DNA of 64,000 bases from an uncultured Actinomycetes bacterium (GTDB taxonomy: Bacteria; SZUA-79; Acidulodesulfobacterales; Acidulodesulfobacteraceae): positions 32,001 through 96,000 of the forward strand of contig CAZVZU010000003.1 of NCBI GenBank assembly GCA_964631685.1, read 5' to 3'. A program made the position numbers and the translations under genes. Below the pieces are notes generated by a model that searched no databases, was not told the DNA's origin, and was given only the letters and a program-made list of their open reading frames with translations. Shown here in pieces: positions 1-9,315 of the stretch. Each line of letters begins with the position of its first letter. Within the stretch, counting starts at the first letter, position 1.

Positions 1-1
1 T

Positions 2-325
2 AAAAAAGAATTAAAGGATCTTAAGGTTTTTTATTCCGCGCATTCCGTTTTTGAGGTGACTACCGCATGGAATGACGGAGCGGATGCGGTAACATTTAGC
101 CCGATTTTTAAAACTAAAAACCAGAATTTTGGGCAGGGGATCGATGTATTAAAAAAGGTGGTAAATTCGGTGAATATTCCTGTTTTTGCTCTTGGGGGGA
201 TCAATAAGTGTAATGTGGGAACGGTTAAGGATGCAGGCGTAAAACATATAGCTGTAATGTCCGGAATACTTAAAGAGGATAATATTCACGTAACGGTTAA
301 ATCTTTATTAGATAATTTTATTTAA
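2..325 (+). CDS. thiE: Thiamine-phosphate synthase (ThiE/TenI family), 5'-truncated by the window edge
   Basis: Frame is open from position 2 (KKELKDLKVFYSAHSVFEV...). Motifs SAHS, GADAVTFSPIFKT, PVFALGGI and IAVMSGI; directly upstream of thiC. Confidence 0.8.
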   Translation, partial: KKELKDLKVFYSAHSVFEVTTAWNDGADAVTFSPIFKTKNQNFGQGIDVLKKVVNSVNIPVFALGGINKCNVGTVKDAGVKHIAVMSGILKEDNIHVTVKSLLDNFI

Positions 326-390
326 ATGATACTCAAGCGAATAAGTCTGTGTCAATAATATTCGGTTTGTTTTATAAATAATACAGAGAA

Positions 391-399
391 TGGTATAAT
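391..399 (+). promoter_or_regulatory. Extended -10 promoter element (TGnTATAAT) upstream of thiC
   Basis: TGGTATAAT ends 21 nt before the thiC ATG; GGGGA RBS follows. Confidence 0.5.
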
Positions 400-420
400 A
401 CAAAAAGTGGGGAAGAATAT

Positions 421-1710
421 ATGAGTCAGATAGAATCTGCTAGAAACAATATAATAACAAATGAGATGAGGTATTGCGCGGAGACGGAAGGTATCCCTCC
501 GGAGCAGATTTGTCAAGATATCATGAACGGCTACACCGTTATAACCAAAAACGACATTAGAGACATAAAACCACTCGCGATAGGCAAAAATTTAAAGACA
601 AAGGTAAATGCAAATATCGGTTCATCTGGGGATAATTGCAATATTGATTTAGAATTAGAAAAATTGTTTGCGTCCATAGATAATGGAGCAGATGCTGTTA
701 TGGACCTGTCTACGGGTGGTAATATTACAGAGTTTAGGCGTGAGATACTTAAAAATTCATCAATTCCTTTGGGCACAGTCCCTTTATACGAAGCGTTTCA
801 ACCATTAATGGAAAAGGGTGATTCTGACATTTTTGGACTTATAGATAAATTTGATAAGGAATATCTTTTTGAAGTTATTGAAAGGCAGTGCGAAGAGGGT
901 GTTGATTTTATTACCGTTCATTGCGGTTTAACCCTGGAAACCGTGAGAAAAATGAATCGCCAGACGAGAATCATGGGGATAGTCTCAAGAGGAGGGTCAC
1001 TGATTGCATCGTGGATGGTAAGAAATAATCGGGAAAATCCGCTTTATGATGAGTATGACAGGCTTTTAAAGATTGCAAAGAAGAACGATGTTGTGTTGAG
1101 TCTTGGTGACGGACTAAGACCGGGAAGCCTTGCCGATGCGACGGATAGAGCTCAGGTTTCCGAATTAATTACGCTTGGCGAGCTTCAGCAAAGGGCGCTT
1201 GAGGCGGATGTCCAGGTGATAATAGAGGGACCCGGGCATGTTCCGTTAAATCAAATTGAAACAAACATAAAATTAGAAAAAAGCCTTTGTAACGGCGCTC
1301 CATTTTATGTTTTGGGTCCATTAGTTACTGATATAGCGCCTGGTTATGACCACATTACAAGTGCGATAGGCGGAGCAATTGCCGCTGGTGCCGGTGCCGA
1401 TTTTTTATGCTATGTTACCCCCGCGGAACACTTAAGACTCCCCTCGGTTGCCGATGTTAAAGAGGGTGTAATTGCAGCCAAGATTGCGGCGCATGCCGGG
1501 GATATTGCCAAGGGAGTAAAGGGTGCAATAGAAATGGATATAGAGATGAGTAATAATAGGCGCGCAATGGATTGGGAAGCGCAATATAAAGGCTCAATAG
1601 ACCCTGGGAAATCGAGAGAGATGAGAGCTGCTTTACCCCTCAAAGATGACAAGGTTTGCTCTATGTGTTCATCCTATTGTTCTATAAAATTAAATGATTC
1701 TTTAAGATAA
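421..1710 (+). CDS. thiC: Phosphomethylpyrimidine synthase, short form
   Basis: KVNANIG, MDLSTGG, GTVPLY, SRGGS, GDGLRPG, EGPGH, PGYDHI, YVTPAEHL and C-terminal CSMC..YC. Confidence 0.95.
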   Translation: MSQIESARNNIITNEMRYCAETEGIPPEQICQDIMNGYTVITKNDIRDIKPLAIGKNLKTKVNANIGSSGDNCNIDLELEKLFASIDNGADAVMDLSTGGNITEFRREILKNSSIPLGTVPLYEAFQPLMEKGDSDIFGLIDKFDKEYLFEVIERQCEEGVDFITVHCGLTLETVRKMNRQTRIMGIVSRGGSLIASWMVRNNRENPLYDEYDRLLKIAKKNDVVLSLGDGLRPGSLADATDRAQVSELITLGELQQRALEADVQVIIEGPGHVPLNQIETNIKLEKSLCNGAPFYVLGPLVTDIAPGYDHITSAIGGAIAAGAGADFLCYVTPAEHLRLPSVADVKEGVIAAKIAAHAGDIAKGVKGAIEMDIEMSNNRRAMDWEAQYKGSIDPGKSREMRAALPLKDDKVCSMCSSYCSIKLNDSLR

Positions 1711-1716
1711 AAAAAT

Positions 1717-2694
1717 ATGGATAAGTTTGATTACGATTCGCCGAATGAAATTGGCACTGCTCACCTATTTCCTTTATTAATCAAGGAAATCAAAAGGGCG
1801 AATGATTTCATGTCCGATGTGTACAATGATTATAAATCGCAAAATTCAAGCAGACGAGAGGATGAATTTGAAATTATAAGATATAGACCGGGGGATCTCG
1901 AGACATACGGGTCTTTTAAATTTTTCAAGGTAAACAATAAGAGCATTTTAAAGCCTCTGATCGATTTTCCGTCCAAGGGCGTATCGGGGTCTGCTACATT
2001 GTTTTTGGCGGACTTTATTGGGATCGATGACATAATGAAGGGTGTATTTCAAAATACAATAAAGTTTGCGTCGGGAAAATCCGCTAACAATGTGCTTTTA
2101 TGGGGAGATAGGGGAACGGGCAAGTCTTCGCTCGTCAGGGCTATCGCAAAGTCTTTCAATGAAGAGCCTTATATTTATAAGGTTAAATTTATAGAGGTTG
2201 TTGAGGATACCGCAGAATTTATATATGAATTGCTTACGATTATAAAAACAAAACCCTATAGGTTTATATTGGTTTTTGACGATATCGCTTTTGATGCAGA
2301 TTCATTATTTTATAAAAAACTTAAGTCCATTCTGGACGGCGGATTAGATGAATTGCCGGAAAATGTAATTATTTATGCAACATCCAACAAGCGGCATCTT
2401 ACGACCGAAAAATTTTCGCAAGAAAATTTAGATGCCGACTATATCCATCCTGAGGAAGAAGTAGAGGAAGGCCTTTCTTTGAGTGATAGATTTGGATTGA
2501 CTTACGGATTATACAGTTTTAGTCCGGAGGTTTACCTGAAAATAGTCGAAATGTATCTAAAAAAATACAATATTAAGATTTTAAGCATTGACATGGATAG
2601 CGCAAGAAAGGACGCAATTAATTTTGCGGCAATAAAAGGTTCTCGTTCTGGCAGAACAGCAAAGCAGTTTGCCATAAGTCTGATAAAAGATTAG
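1717..2694 (+). CDS. DUF815-family AAA+ ATPase
   Basis: ANNVLLWGDRGTGKSS Walker A, FILVFDD, YATSNKRHL, SLSDRFGL, GSRSGRTA. Confidence 0.9.
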   Translation: MDKFDYDSPNEIGTAHLFPLLIKEIKRANDFMSDVYNDYKSQNSSRREDEFEIIRYRPGDLETYGSFKFFKVNNKSILKPLIDFPSKGVSGSATLFLADFIGIDDIMKGVFQNTIKFASGKSANNVLLWGDRGTGKSSLVRAIAKSFNEEPYIYKVKFIEVVEDTAEFIYELLTIIKTKPYRFILVFDDIAFDADSLFYKKLKSILDGGLDELPENVIIYATSNKRHLTTEKFSQENLDADYIHPEEEVEEGLSLSDRFGLTYGLYSFSPEVYLKIVEMYLKKYNIKILSIDMDSARKDAINFAAIKGSRSGRTAKQFAISLIKD

Positions 2695-2742
2695 GATTAA
2701 AATCATCTATTTTTAGAAGACAATAGGGAAATAGGCAATTTT

Positions 2743-4974
2743 ATGTCAGATATAAAATATTCATCAGGTTTTAGACCGAAAATGAGTATAAGAAGGAAGT
2801 TTATCCTTTCTTTTTCGTTAGCGGTGCTCTTTCCTTTGGTGCTTCTTGCGGTTGCTAATACCTTTATTTTTAATAGACAAATAAAACAAGAGAGTCTTAA
2901 TAAGGTTAAAATTACGTTAAGCGGTGCTCGCAGAATTTACTATTCCCAGGGAGACCAGCTCAAAAATGCCTTTCTGGTTAGTTCATATAATCCTTATTTA
3001 ATCCACGCTATTACGCATAGAAATATACAATTTATAAGTAGCCTGATTCAATCTTATAAGAATGCATTTGTTTTTGCGGACTATATAGGCATCACCGATA
3101 ACGACGGTAATGTCCTTGCCTCGACTTCCGGTATTGCTAATTTTAAACCCTCGTTGGGCGGGATTATTTTTAATGTTTTTAGTACCGGTTTCCCGATTGT
3201 CAAGACAGCCCTAATTCGAAAGATAGGGCTGATAAAGATGGGTATCAAGACTTCCGGAGATAAACAGGGTATGTTTCTAGTTACTGTCGTTCCGTTCATA
3301 CATGATAATAGGGTAATAGGTTCAATATTCGGTCTGGTTGACTTAAATGATAACAATTACTTGCCGGAAGCTATCTATAATGAATATCATCTTAAAACGG
3401 CTGTTTTTGCTTCTGTGTTTAATAGACAGGTGTGTCTTTCCACTCTGAAAATACCTGGAAATGTTTTCGGGATAGGTTCAAAACTTCCTGATTATATTCT
3501 CACTGAAATTCAAGGCGGAAAGAATTTTATTAGAGAGATAAACTACAATGGAAAGGATATTTTTGCCGCTTTTCACCCGGTAAAGAATATAAATGGACAC
3601 GTTGTAGGTTCTATCGCCGTTTTTGTTTCGAATAGGGCATATCTGTCTGTTTTTAGACAAACCGCATTGTATGCTTCTATAATTATTATTATAGGTTTAA
3701 TTATCTCATTCTTCATCTCATATTTTGCTTCCAAAGATACCTTGAATCCTATATTCGCAATAACTAAGGCTATAAAAAACTTCACGCAAGGTGAGCTTGA
3801 TACAAGACTTATCATAAAAACAAATGATGAATTCGAAAGTATCGGTGATGGTTTTACGAAGATGGCCGAGACGGTTAGGGATAGGGAAGAAAGAATGGAA
3901 AAATATAATATCTTTTCCAATTTCTTGGTAGGTTCATTGGATTTTGATGAGATAATTTCATCCGTCCTAGATATTTTAGAGGATCTTTTGAGCCTTTCAT
4001 CCGGGGTAGTATACATTTACGACGATGACGGCTTATCGATATCCAAAACCACAGCAGAAAACCCAGAGCAATCTAAGGGTTTTCTGATTCCATGGAAATT
4101 TTACGGAATAAGGAAGTTTGTTGCCAATCAATTTGCTGCCGACGAGGGAGTTGCAGGGCATTGCCTCCAAAAAAGAAAAACAGTATGGTTTCAAGATATT
4201 CCGGAAAATGCAGTAATGTTTAAGGATAGCCTGCTTGAGGATGATTCTGCGGGAAAGGTTATAGATTACGGTTTTTGTGAAGTTTTTCCAAAGGATATAG
4301 TGTGGGTGCCACTATACGTTGGGGATGTCAATATAGGTGTCTTAATGGTGTCTAGCCTGAAGGGATATCGCAAGGACGATATCTTATTTTTAGAACATGC
4401 GGCAAAGGAGTTTTCTGTCGCATTAGATAGTGCAAAATTGCATAAGAAGCTTAATATGCTAAGCATCACAGATGAACTAACAGGGCTCTATAATAGGCGA
4501 AAAATGGATGAGATACTAAAAAGAGAGTTTGACGAGGCCAAAAGATATGAAAACAGTTTATCGGTTATGATGCTGGATGTTGATTATTTCAAGGCTATCA
4601 ACGATAATTACGGACACAGGGCGGGCGATGCAGTTCTATCGGGATTAGGCGATATTTTAAAACAAAGTGTAAGGAATATTGACGTAGTGGCGAGATACGG
4701 GGGCGAAGAGTTTGTAATTATTTTACCGCAAACCGATTTTCAAGATGCGGTTGCAGTGGCTAAAAAGATAAAGAATATCGTAGAAAATAATAAATTTGAC
4801 CTAATAGACGGGAAAATAACAGTTTCAATAGGATTAACTTCGTTGCCCAATGAGGACATCAAAAGTGTTGGTGAAATCTTAAAAATGGCTGATAATTTTC
4901 TTTATGAGGCAAAAGATGGTGGAAGAAATATGATTATTGGCTCATTTGCTGGTAAAAGGGTTGAAATCAACTAA
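2743..4974 (+). CDS. Membrane diguanylate cyclase (TM-Cache-like sensor-TM-HAMP-GAF-GGDEF)
   Basis: Two TM segments, HAMP (..NDEFESIGDGF..), GAF, DELTGLYNRR, DVDYFKAINDNYGH..GD, RxxD I-site (RNID) and GGEEF. Confidence 0.92.
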   Translation: MSDIKYSSGFRPKMSIRRKFILSFSLAVLFPLVLLAVANTFIFNRQIKQESLNKVKITLSGARRIYYSQGDQLKNAFLVSSYNPYLIHAITHRNIQFISSLIQSYKNAFVFADYIGITDNDGNVLASTSGIANFKPSLGGIIFNVFSTGFPIVKTALIRKIGLIKMGIKTSGDKQGMFLVTVVPFIHDNRVIGSIFGLVDLNDNNYLPEAIYNEYHLKTAVFASVFNRQVCLSTLKIPGNVFGIGSKLPDYILTEIQGGKNFIREINYNGKDIFAAFHPVKNINGHVVGSIAVFVSNRAYLSVFRQTALYASIIIIIGLIISFFISYFASKDTLNPIFAITKAIKNFTQGELDTRLIIKTNDEFESIGDGFTKMAETVRDREERMEKYNIFSNFLVGSLDFDEIISSVLDILEDLLSLSSGVVYIYDDDGLSISKTTAENPEQSKGFLIPWKFYGIRKFVANQFAADEGVAGHCLQKRKTVWFQDIPENAVMFKDSLLEDDSAGKVIDYGFCEVFPKDIVWVPLYVGDVNIGVLMVSSLKGYRKDDILFLEHAAKEFSVALDSAKLHKKLNMLSITDELTGLYNRRKMDEILKREFDEAKRYENSLSVMMLDVDYFKAINDNYGHRAGDAVLSGLGDILKQSVRNIDVVARYGGEEFVIILPQTDFQDAVAVAKKIKNIVENNKFDLIDGKITVSIGLTSLPNEDIKSVGEILKMADNFLYEAKDGGRNMIIGSFAGKRVEIN
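4055..4086 (+). repeat. Perfect 10-bp inverted repeat inside the DGC GAF domain
   Basis: CAGAAAACCC (4055-4064) / GGGTTTTCTG (4077-4086), with inner AGA-GCAA-TCT. Confidence 0.8.
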
Positions 4975-4994
4975 AATAGTAAATCACTAACTAT

Positions 4995-6029
4995 ATGAAA
5001 AAATACTATCTCGGAATAGATATTGGCGGGACCAATCTTAGGTTTGGAATCGTAGATGAGAGCGGTGCTATAGAGAGCGAGGATTTTAGGTCTTTTCCTT
5101 TAAAAATAAACGAACTCACGCAGGATTACTGTGCTACACCAGAGGATATTACGAGTGGGACGGATTTGGATCGATCTATCAGCGATAGCGGAACGAAAAG
5201 GCAGATTAAATTTGTGATAGAGAATTTAAGATGTTTTTTAGAGAAAAATGTTCGATATAATATTTCAGGGATAGGGGTAGGCGTTGCGGGTCAAATAAAT
5301 GAAAAGACAGGAGGCATAGTATTTTCTCCAAATTTGAATTGGCGTAATGTTCCGTTAAAAACAATATTAGAAAGAAAAACAGGATTAAAAGTACATGTTG
5401 TGAACGATTTAACGGCTATTACTTATGGAGAATGGAAATGTGGTGCGGGAATCGGAGAAGATAATATTTTATGCATTTTTGTCGGCACGGGTATAGGTTC
5501 GGGGATTGTTACGGATGGGAGATTATTGTCAGGTTGTTCAGGCGCCGCTGGTGAGATAGGGCATACCATTATTGTTTCCGGGGGCAGGGGGTGTGCATGC
5601 GGCAATAGAGGCTGTTTGGAAGCTTATGCCGGCGGTTGGGGAATGGCAGAGATTGCTAAGGAACGGGCGCTTAGAGATAGGGTAGGGTTTAAGGAAATAA
5701 TTAAGATAGCTGGGAAAATAGATAGTATTAGCGCTGAAACCATTGCTAAGGCATATTATACTGGAGACAATAGCGCAGCCAAGTTGGTTAAGGAAACTGG
5801 AATATATTTGGCGGATGGGGTCATAAGTGCTGTAAATTTAATGAATCCATGTGTGTTAATATTGGGCGGAGGTGTGATAGATGGCATCCCTGATTTATTC
5901 AATACTGTGGCAGAAGAAGTCGGTAAAAGGGCGCTGAAAGCGGCCATATCTAATCTAAAGATATTGAAACCGACGCTTAGTAGGAATTCCGGGATTATAG
6001 GCGCTGCAGGAATAGCAAACCGTAATTAA
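4995..6029 (+). CDS. ROK-family sugar kinase (glucokinase-like)
   Basis: GIDIGGT, VVND, GTGIGSG, GEIGH, CACGNRGCLEAYA, LILGGGV, GIIGAA. Confidence 0.92.
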   Translation: MKKYYLGIDIGGTNLRFGIVDESGAIESEDFRSFPLKINELTQDYCATPEDITSGTDLDRSISDSGTKRQIKFVIENLRCFLEKNVRYNISGIGVGVAGQINEKTGGIVFSPNLNWRNVPLKTILERKTGLKVHVVNDLTAITYGEWKCGAGIGEDNILCIFVGTGIGSGIVTDGRLLSGCSGAAGEIGHTIIVSGGRGCACGNRGCLEAYAGGWGMAEIAKERALRDRVGFKEIIKIAGKIDSISAETIAKAYYTGDNSAAKLVKETGIYLADGVISAVNLMNPCVLILGGGVIDGIPDLFNTVAEEVGKRALKAAISNLKILKPTLSRNSGIIGAAGIANRN

Positions 6030-6069
6030 TTATCTATCTGCATTTTGTTAGTTTCGGAAATTATATGCT

Positions 6070-7560
6070 TTAAATGTATTCATCATCCTCATAGGCAAGA
6101 TTTTCGAATGATGTATATTTATCGGTATAGGAAAGTTTTACTACACCGGTAGGTCCATTTCTTTGTTTACCGATTATCAACTCTGCTATGCCCTTGTGAG
6201 CAGTATCTTTTTTGTAAACCTCGTCTCTGTATATAAACATTATTAGATCGGCATCCTGTTCTATAGCACCGGATTCCCTTAAATCTGCGAGTTGAGGCCT
6301 CTTGTCTTGCCGGGATTCTACCATTCTATTTAATTGAGATAGGGCAATTATCGGTATATGGAGCTCTTTTGCTAGGCCCTTTAGCGATCTTGAAATATCA
6401 GCGATAGCCTGCTCTCGAGATTCAATGTATGGCGAACCCTTCATAAGTTGCAGATAGTCGACGATAGCAACTTCTATGCCTTTTTCTCTTTTTAGCCTAC
6501 GGGTTTTAGCCCTGAGCTCCGTAACGGTAATGCCGGCGCTGTCGTCTATATAAATTGGAATATCCTCTAGTATTTCTAACGCATTATGTATGTTTTCGAT
6601 ATCTGGATTATGTATTCTCCCTCTCCTTAACATTGATGAATCTATTTTTGCAGTCAAGGACAAAAGCCTAGTTGCAAGCTGTTCCTTAGACATTTCAAGA
6701 GAAAAAAATGCGACTGGAATTTTTTTAATCGCTATATTTTTTGCAACACTGAGAGCAAGGGCAGTTTTACCCATGGAGGGCCTTCCTGCGATAATAATAA
6801 GGTCTGAAGGCTGAAAGCCGTTGGTCATTTCATCAAGATATTGAAATCCACTATGCACTCCTGTAATATCTTTATCATCATTCTTCCTTGATGTAAGTTT
6901 TTTAAAATAGTCAAATATTAAGGGATACACTTCAACATAATTTTTAGACGAGTCTTTTTCCGTTACGTCAAAAATAGATTTCTCTGAGAAGTCAACTATA
7001 TCTTCTATATTGTCTTGTTGTTCATAGCATTTTTGCCTAACCTTATTCGATGCGTTAATAAGGCTTCTTAATAGAGATTTCTCCTTTACTATTTTGGCAT
7101 ACTGCTCGATATTAAAAAGACCGGCAGGTAATTCAAACAATGTTGACAGGTAACTGCTTAAATCGAAATCAGAGAAATATTTGACGTAGTCCTTTTCTTT
7201 TTTTATTGCATTTAGGATCGTGATTACATCAATAGGTTCACCTTTATCGCTCAATAGCGTAATAACTTTAAATATTCTAGAGTTTACGGTATCGTAAAAA
7301 TCTTCTGGCGCAACAACCCCCAATACAGAGTTAGATTGAGAATTATCGATTAAGATGGATGCAATCAGTGCCCTTTCTGCATCTAAAGAATTTGGGGGAA
7401 CAATATTGAGAGGATTGTTCTTAGAGTGGATGGCATTGTTTCTGTTCAATGCTAATTGAGCTGAACTAACAGTTTGATCGCCGGTAATATTATTCGTCCC
7501 GCTCGAAATTTTCGAGCGGGTGCTCGAATCGGTACCAGATATTTTATTCTTTATGGCCAT
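6070..7560 (-). CDS. dnaB: Replicative DNA helicase with N-terminal extension; no intein
   Basis: PPNSLDAE, AGRPSMGKT, FFSLEMS, VDYLQLM, LSQLNR, DLRESGAIEQDAD, KQRNGPTG. Confidence 0.97.
   Translation of the reverse strand: MAIKNKISGTDSSTRSKISSGTNNITGDQTVSSAQLALNRNNAIHSKNNPLNIVPPNSLDAERALIASILIDNSQSNSVLGVVAPEDFYDTVNSRIFKVITLLSDKGEPIDVITILNAIKKEKDYVKYFSDFDLSSYLSTLFELPAGLFNIEQYAKIVKEKSLLRSLINASNKVRQKCYEQQDNIEDIVDFSEKSIFDVTEKDSSKNYVEVYPLIFDYFKKLTSRKNDDKDITGVHSGFQYLDEMTNGFQPSDLIIIAGRPSMGKTALALSVAKNIAIKKIPVAFFSLEMSKEQLATRLLSLTAKIDSSMLRRGRIHNPDIENIHNALEILEDIPIYIDDSAGITVTELRAKTRRLKREKGIEVAIVDYLQLMKGSPYIESREQAIADISRSLKGLAKELHIPIIALSQLNRMVESRQDKRPQLADLRESGAIEQDADLIMFIYRDEVYKKDTAHKGIAELIIGKQRNGPTGVVKLSYTDKYTSFENLAYEDDEYI
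7498..7528. repeat. Perfect 11-bp palindrome plus a third arm copy in the dnaB 5' extension
   Basis: CCCGCTCGAAA-T-TTTCGAGCGGG (7498-7520), then GCTCGAA again (7522-7528). Confidence 0.85.
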
Positions 7561-7574
7561 TTGTCTATAATGGT

Positions 7575-8024
7575 TTAAGACTTTTCTGGAACGACATTTA
7601 CTTTAATTTCAGCAATAATTTCAGGGTGCAGTTTAATCTTAACGGTCTGAATACCTAATTCTTTTATTGGGCTGCCTAGCATAATGGATTTTTTGTCGAT
7701 ATTAAAGCCAAGCTCCCTTAGATTATCTTCTATATCAACCTTCGTTACAGAACCAAATATTTTCTCGTTTTCCCCTACTTTTGCAGATATGCTAATATTT
7801 GCTTTTTCAAGTTTATCCTTAATATTTGTAACTTCTCCAATTATTTTTCCCTTTTTTCTGTTAATAAGCCTTTGTTCATGTTCTATCATCTTAATGTTAA
7901 CATTGGTGGCCGGAATGGCAAGCTTTCTTGGCAATAAAAAATTTCTTCCATATCCATTTGTAACGTTAACAGCGTCGCCCATTGCACCTAAATTTTGAAC
8001 ATCTTCTTTGAGTATTACCTTCAT
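7575..8024 (-). CDS. rplI: 50S ribosomal protein L9
   Basis: MKVILKEDV.NLG..GD.V.V..GYGRNFLLP, KIFGSVT, LHPE. Confidence 0.97.
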   Translation of the reverse strand: MKVILKEDVQNLGAMGDAVNVTNGYGRNFLLPRKLAIPATNVNIKMIEHEQRLINRKKGKIIGEVTNIKDKLEKANISISAKVGENEKIFGSVTKVDIEDNLRELGFNIDKKSIMLGSPIKELGIQTVKIKLHPEIIAEIKVNVVPEKS

Positions 8025-8027
8025 ATC

Positions 8028-9047
8028 TTAGTTAGAACCTCCTTTATTTAATTCAATTTTTCTAAAATTAAACCATAAATCAAATATTCCCATAAAAATA
8101 ACAAAAAGTAGCAGTGGATTATTAAATATAAAAATTAGAACATAAATTAATGTTCTAAGAAACAAATTAATATTTAACTTATTAAAAAAGAAAGATATTA
8201 TCGTTAGTCCTTGCACTAAGTAAAGGGACGATGACAGAAAAATAATATTATATCCTATAAATTTGTATGCACCGTTTGAAAATATTGCAATTATAAAACC
8301 GGACAATAAAAACAGTATTAAAAAATCGGATGATTTCCACAATGATAAATTTTCATTATTTTTAAAAAACTCTCTATATTTTCTTTTAGAAAATTTTTTA
8401 AGTATTATAAAGCCAGACCATAATCCCATCCATGAAAACGTAATGACTATAGACGGAAGTAGTAGAAGTATATCCTTAATTAATCTTGAAATTATTAGCT
8501 GCATCTTCGCAGTTGTGAGAGATGTAATGCCCATTTGCCTATAAACGTTTGTCATATTTTTCAATATTGACGCATGGTAAGAATTTAGCAAAGAAGAGAC
8601 ATCTATTTTATTGTAGTATAAATAACCAATTGTCATAACAAAAATCACAAAGAACGTTGTTAATACGGGATAATAAATTGCCTTCGCCAAACTAATTTTT
8701 TTAGAAATTAAGATTGAAAAAATATACGGCACTACAACAAACATCAACAGTAGAACTATTAACACCGGTATAAACAAACTGCCGTTATTATAATTGAAAT
8801 ATCCGTCTAAGTTTTTATTATTTTGAGCTAATAATACCGTTATAGAAGCAAATATCGTTGCAATTGATATCGGCACTATAGACTTCTTGCCGATAATTCT
8901 AAACAGTAGCATTAGAGTAACACTAAAATATAAATACAAAAAGGGATTTATGACAGCATAAATCCACGTATAAAGCGAATTTATTAAAATTAAAAAAAAT
9001 ATAAGTAATAATAATGTGCTAAAAAAAAAGTTTTTAACCCTAAACAT
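8028..9047 (-). CDS. DUF2232/YybS-family membrane protein
   Basis: Polytopic hydrophobic protein with QGL and GIFDLWFNFRK motifs, in the usual position between rpsR and rplI. Confidence 0.85.
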   Translation of the reverse strand: MFRVKNFFFSTLLLLIFFLILINSLYTWIYAVINPFLYLYFSVTLMLLFRIIGKKSIVPISIATIFASITVLLAQNNKNLDGYFNYNNGSLFIPVLIVLLLMFVVVPYIFSILISKKISLAKAIYYPVLTTFFVIFVMTIGYLYYNKIDVSSLLNSYHASILKNMTNVYRQMGITSLTTAKMQLIISRLIKDILLLLPSIVITFSWMGLWSGFIILKKFSKRKYREFFKNNENLSLWKSSDFLILFLLSGFIIAIFSNGAYKFIGYNIIFLSSSLYLVQGLTIISFFFNKLNINLFLRTLIYVLIFIFNNPLLLFVIFMGIFDLWFNFRKIELNKGGSN

Positions 9048-9315
9048 TAATAGATGTGTACGGCATTATAGAGAGAATTCTCGATGTCTTGATAGCTCTC
9101 GCCACTCTCCTTTGATGATAAGAGCAATTGCCCGTAATCCTTCTGGGCATTATTTTCCCTCTTTCGGTTGCAAAATTTCTCAAAAGTTTATAGTCTTTAT
9201 AGTCTATTCTCAACTTAGTGTCTGCGCAAAATCTACACACTTTTTTTCTCATATATGTTCTGCGCCTAAAACTTGACCCCGCGGATTTAGTGACCTTGCG
9301 GTGAACTCTATTCAT
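9040..9315 (-). CDS. rpsR: 30S ribosomal protein S18 (Zn-binding form)
   Basis: RKKVCRFC, IDYKD, ERGKIMPRRITGNC..HQR, AIK.SR. Confidence 0.97.
   Translation of the reverse strand: MNRVHRKVTKSAGSSFRRRTYMRKKVCRFCADTKLRIDYKDYKLLRNFATERGKIMPRRITGNCSYHQRRVARAIKTSRILSIMPYTSINV

Noticed and set aside
421..1710. Alternative call as a BzaA/B/F benzimidazole synthase
   Set aside because: Adjacent to thiE with no cobalamin genes nearby, so thiC is more parsimonious; not excluded without an HMM.
5148..7509. 15/18-nt match between the ROK insert (ATTACGAGTGGGACGGAT) and the dnaB extension (ATTTCGAGCGGGACGAAT), suggesting a shared element
   Set aside because: Too short and does not extend. A rough estimate gives about one such match by chance among the insert sequences compared.
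6070..7560. Inteins in DnaB, or the protein inserts being mini-inteins or introns
   Set aside because: The DnaB core is uninterrupted. The inserts are far too short, lack C/S...HN ends and stay in frame without stops.
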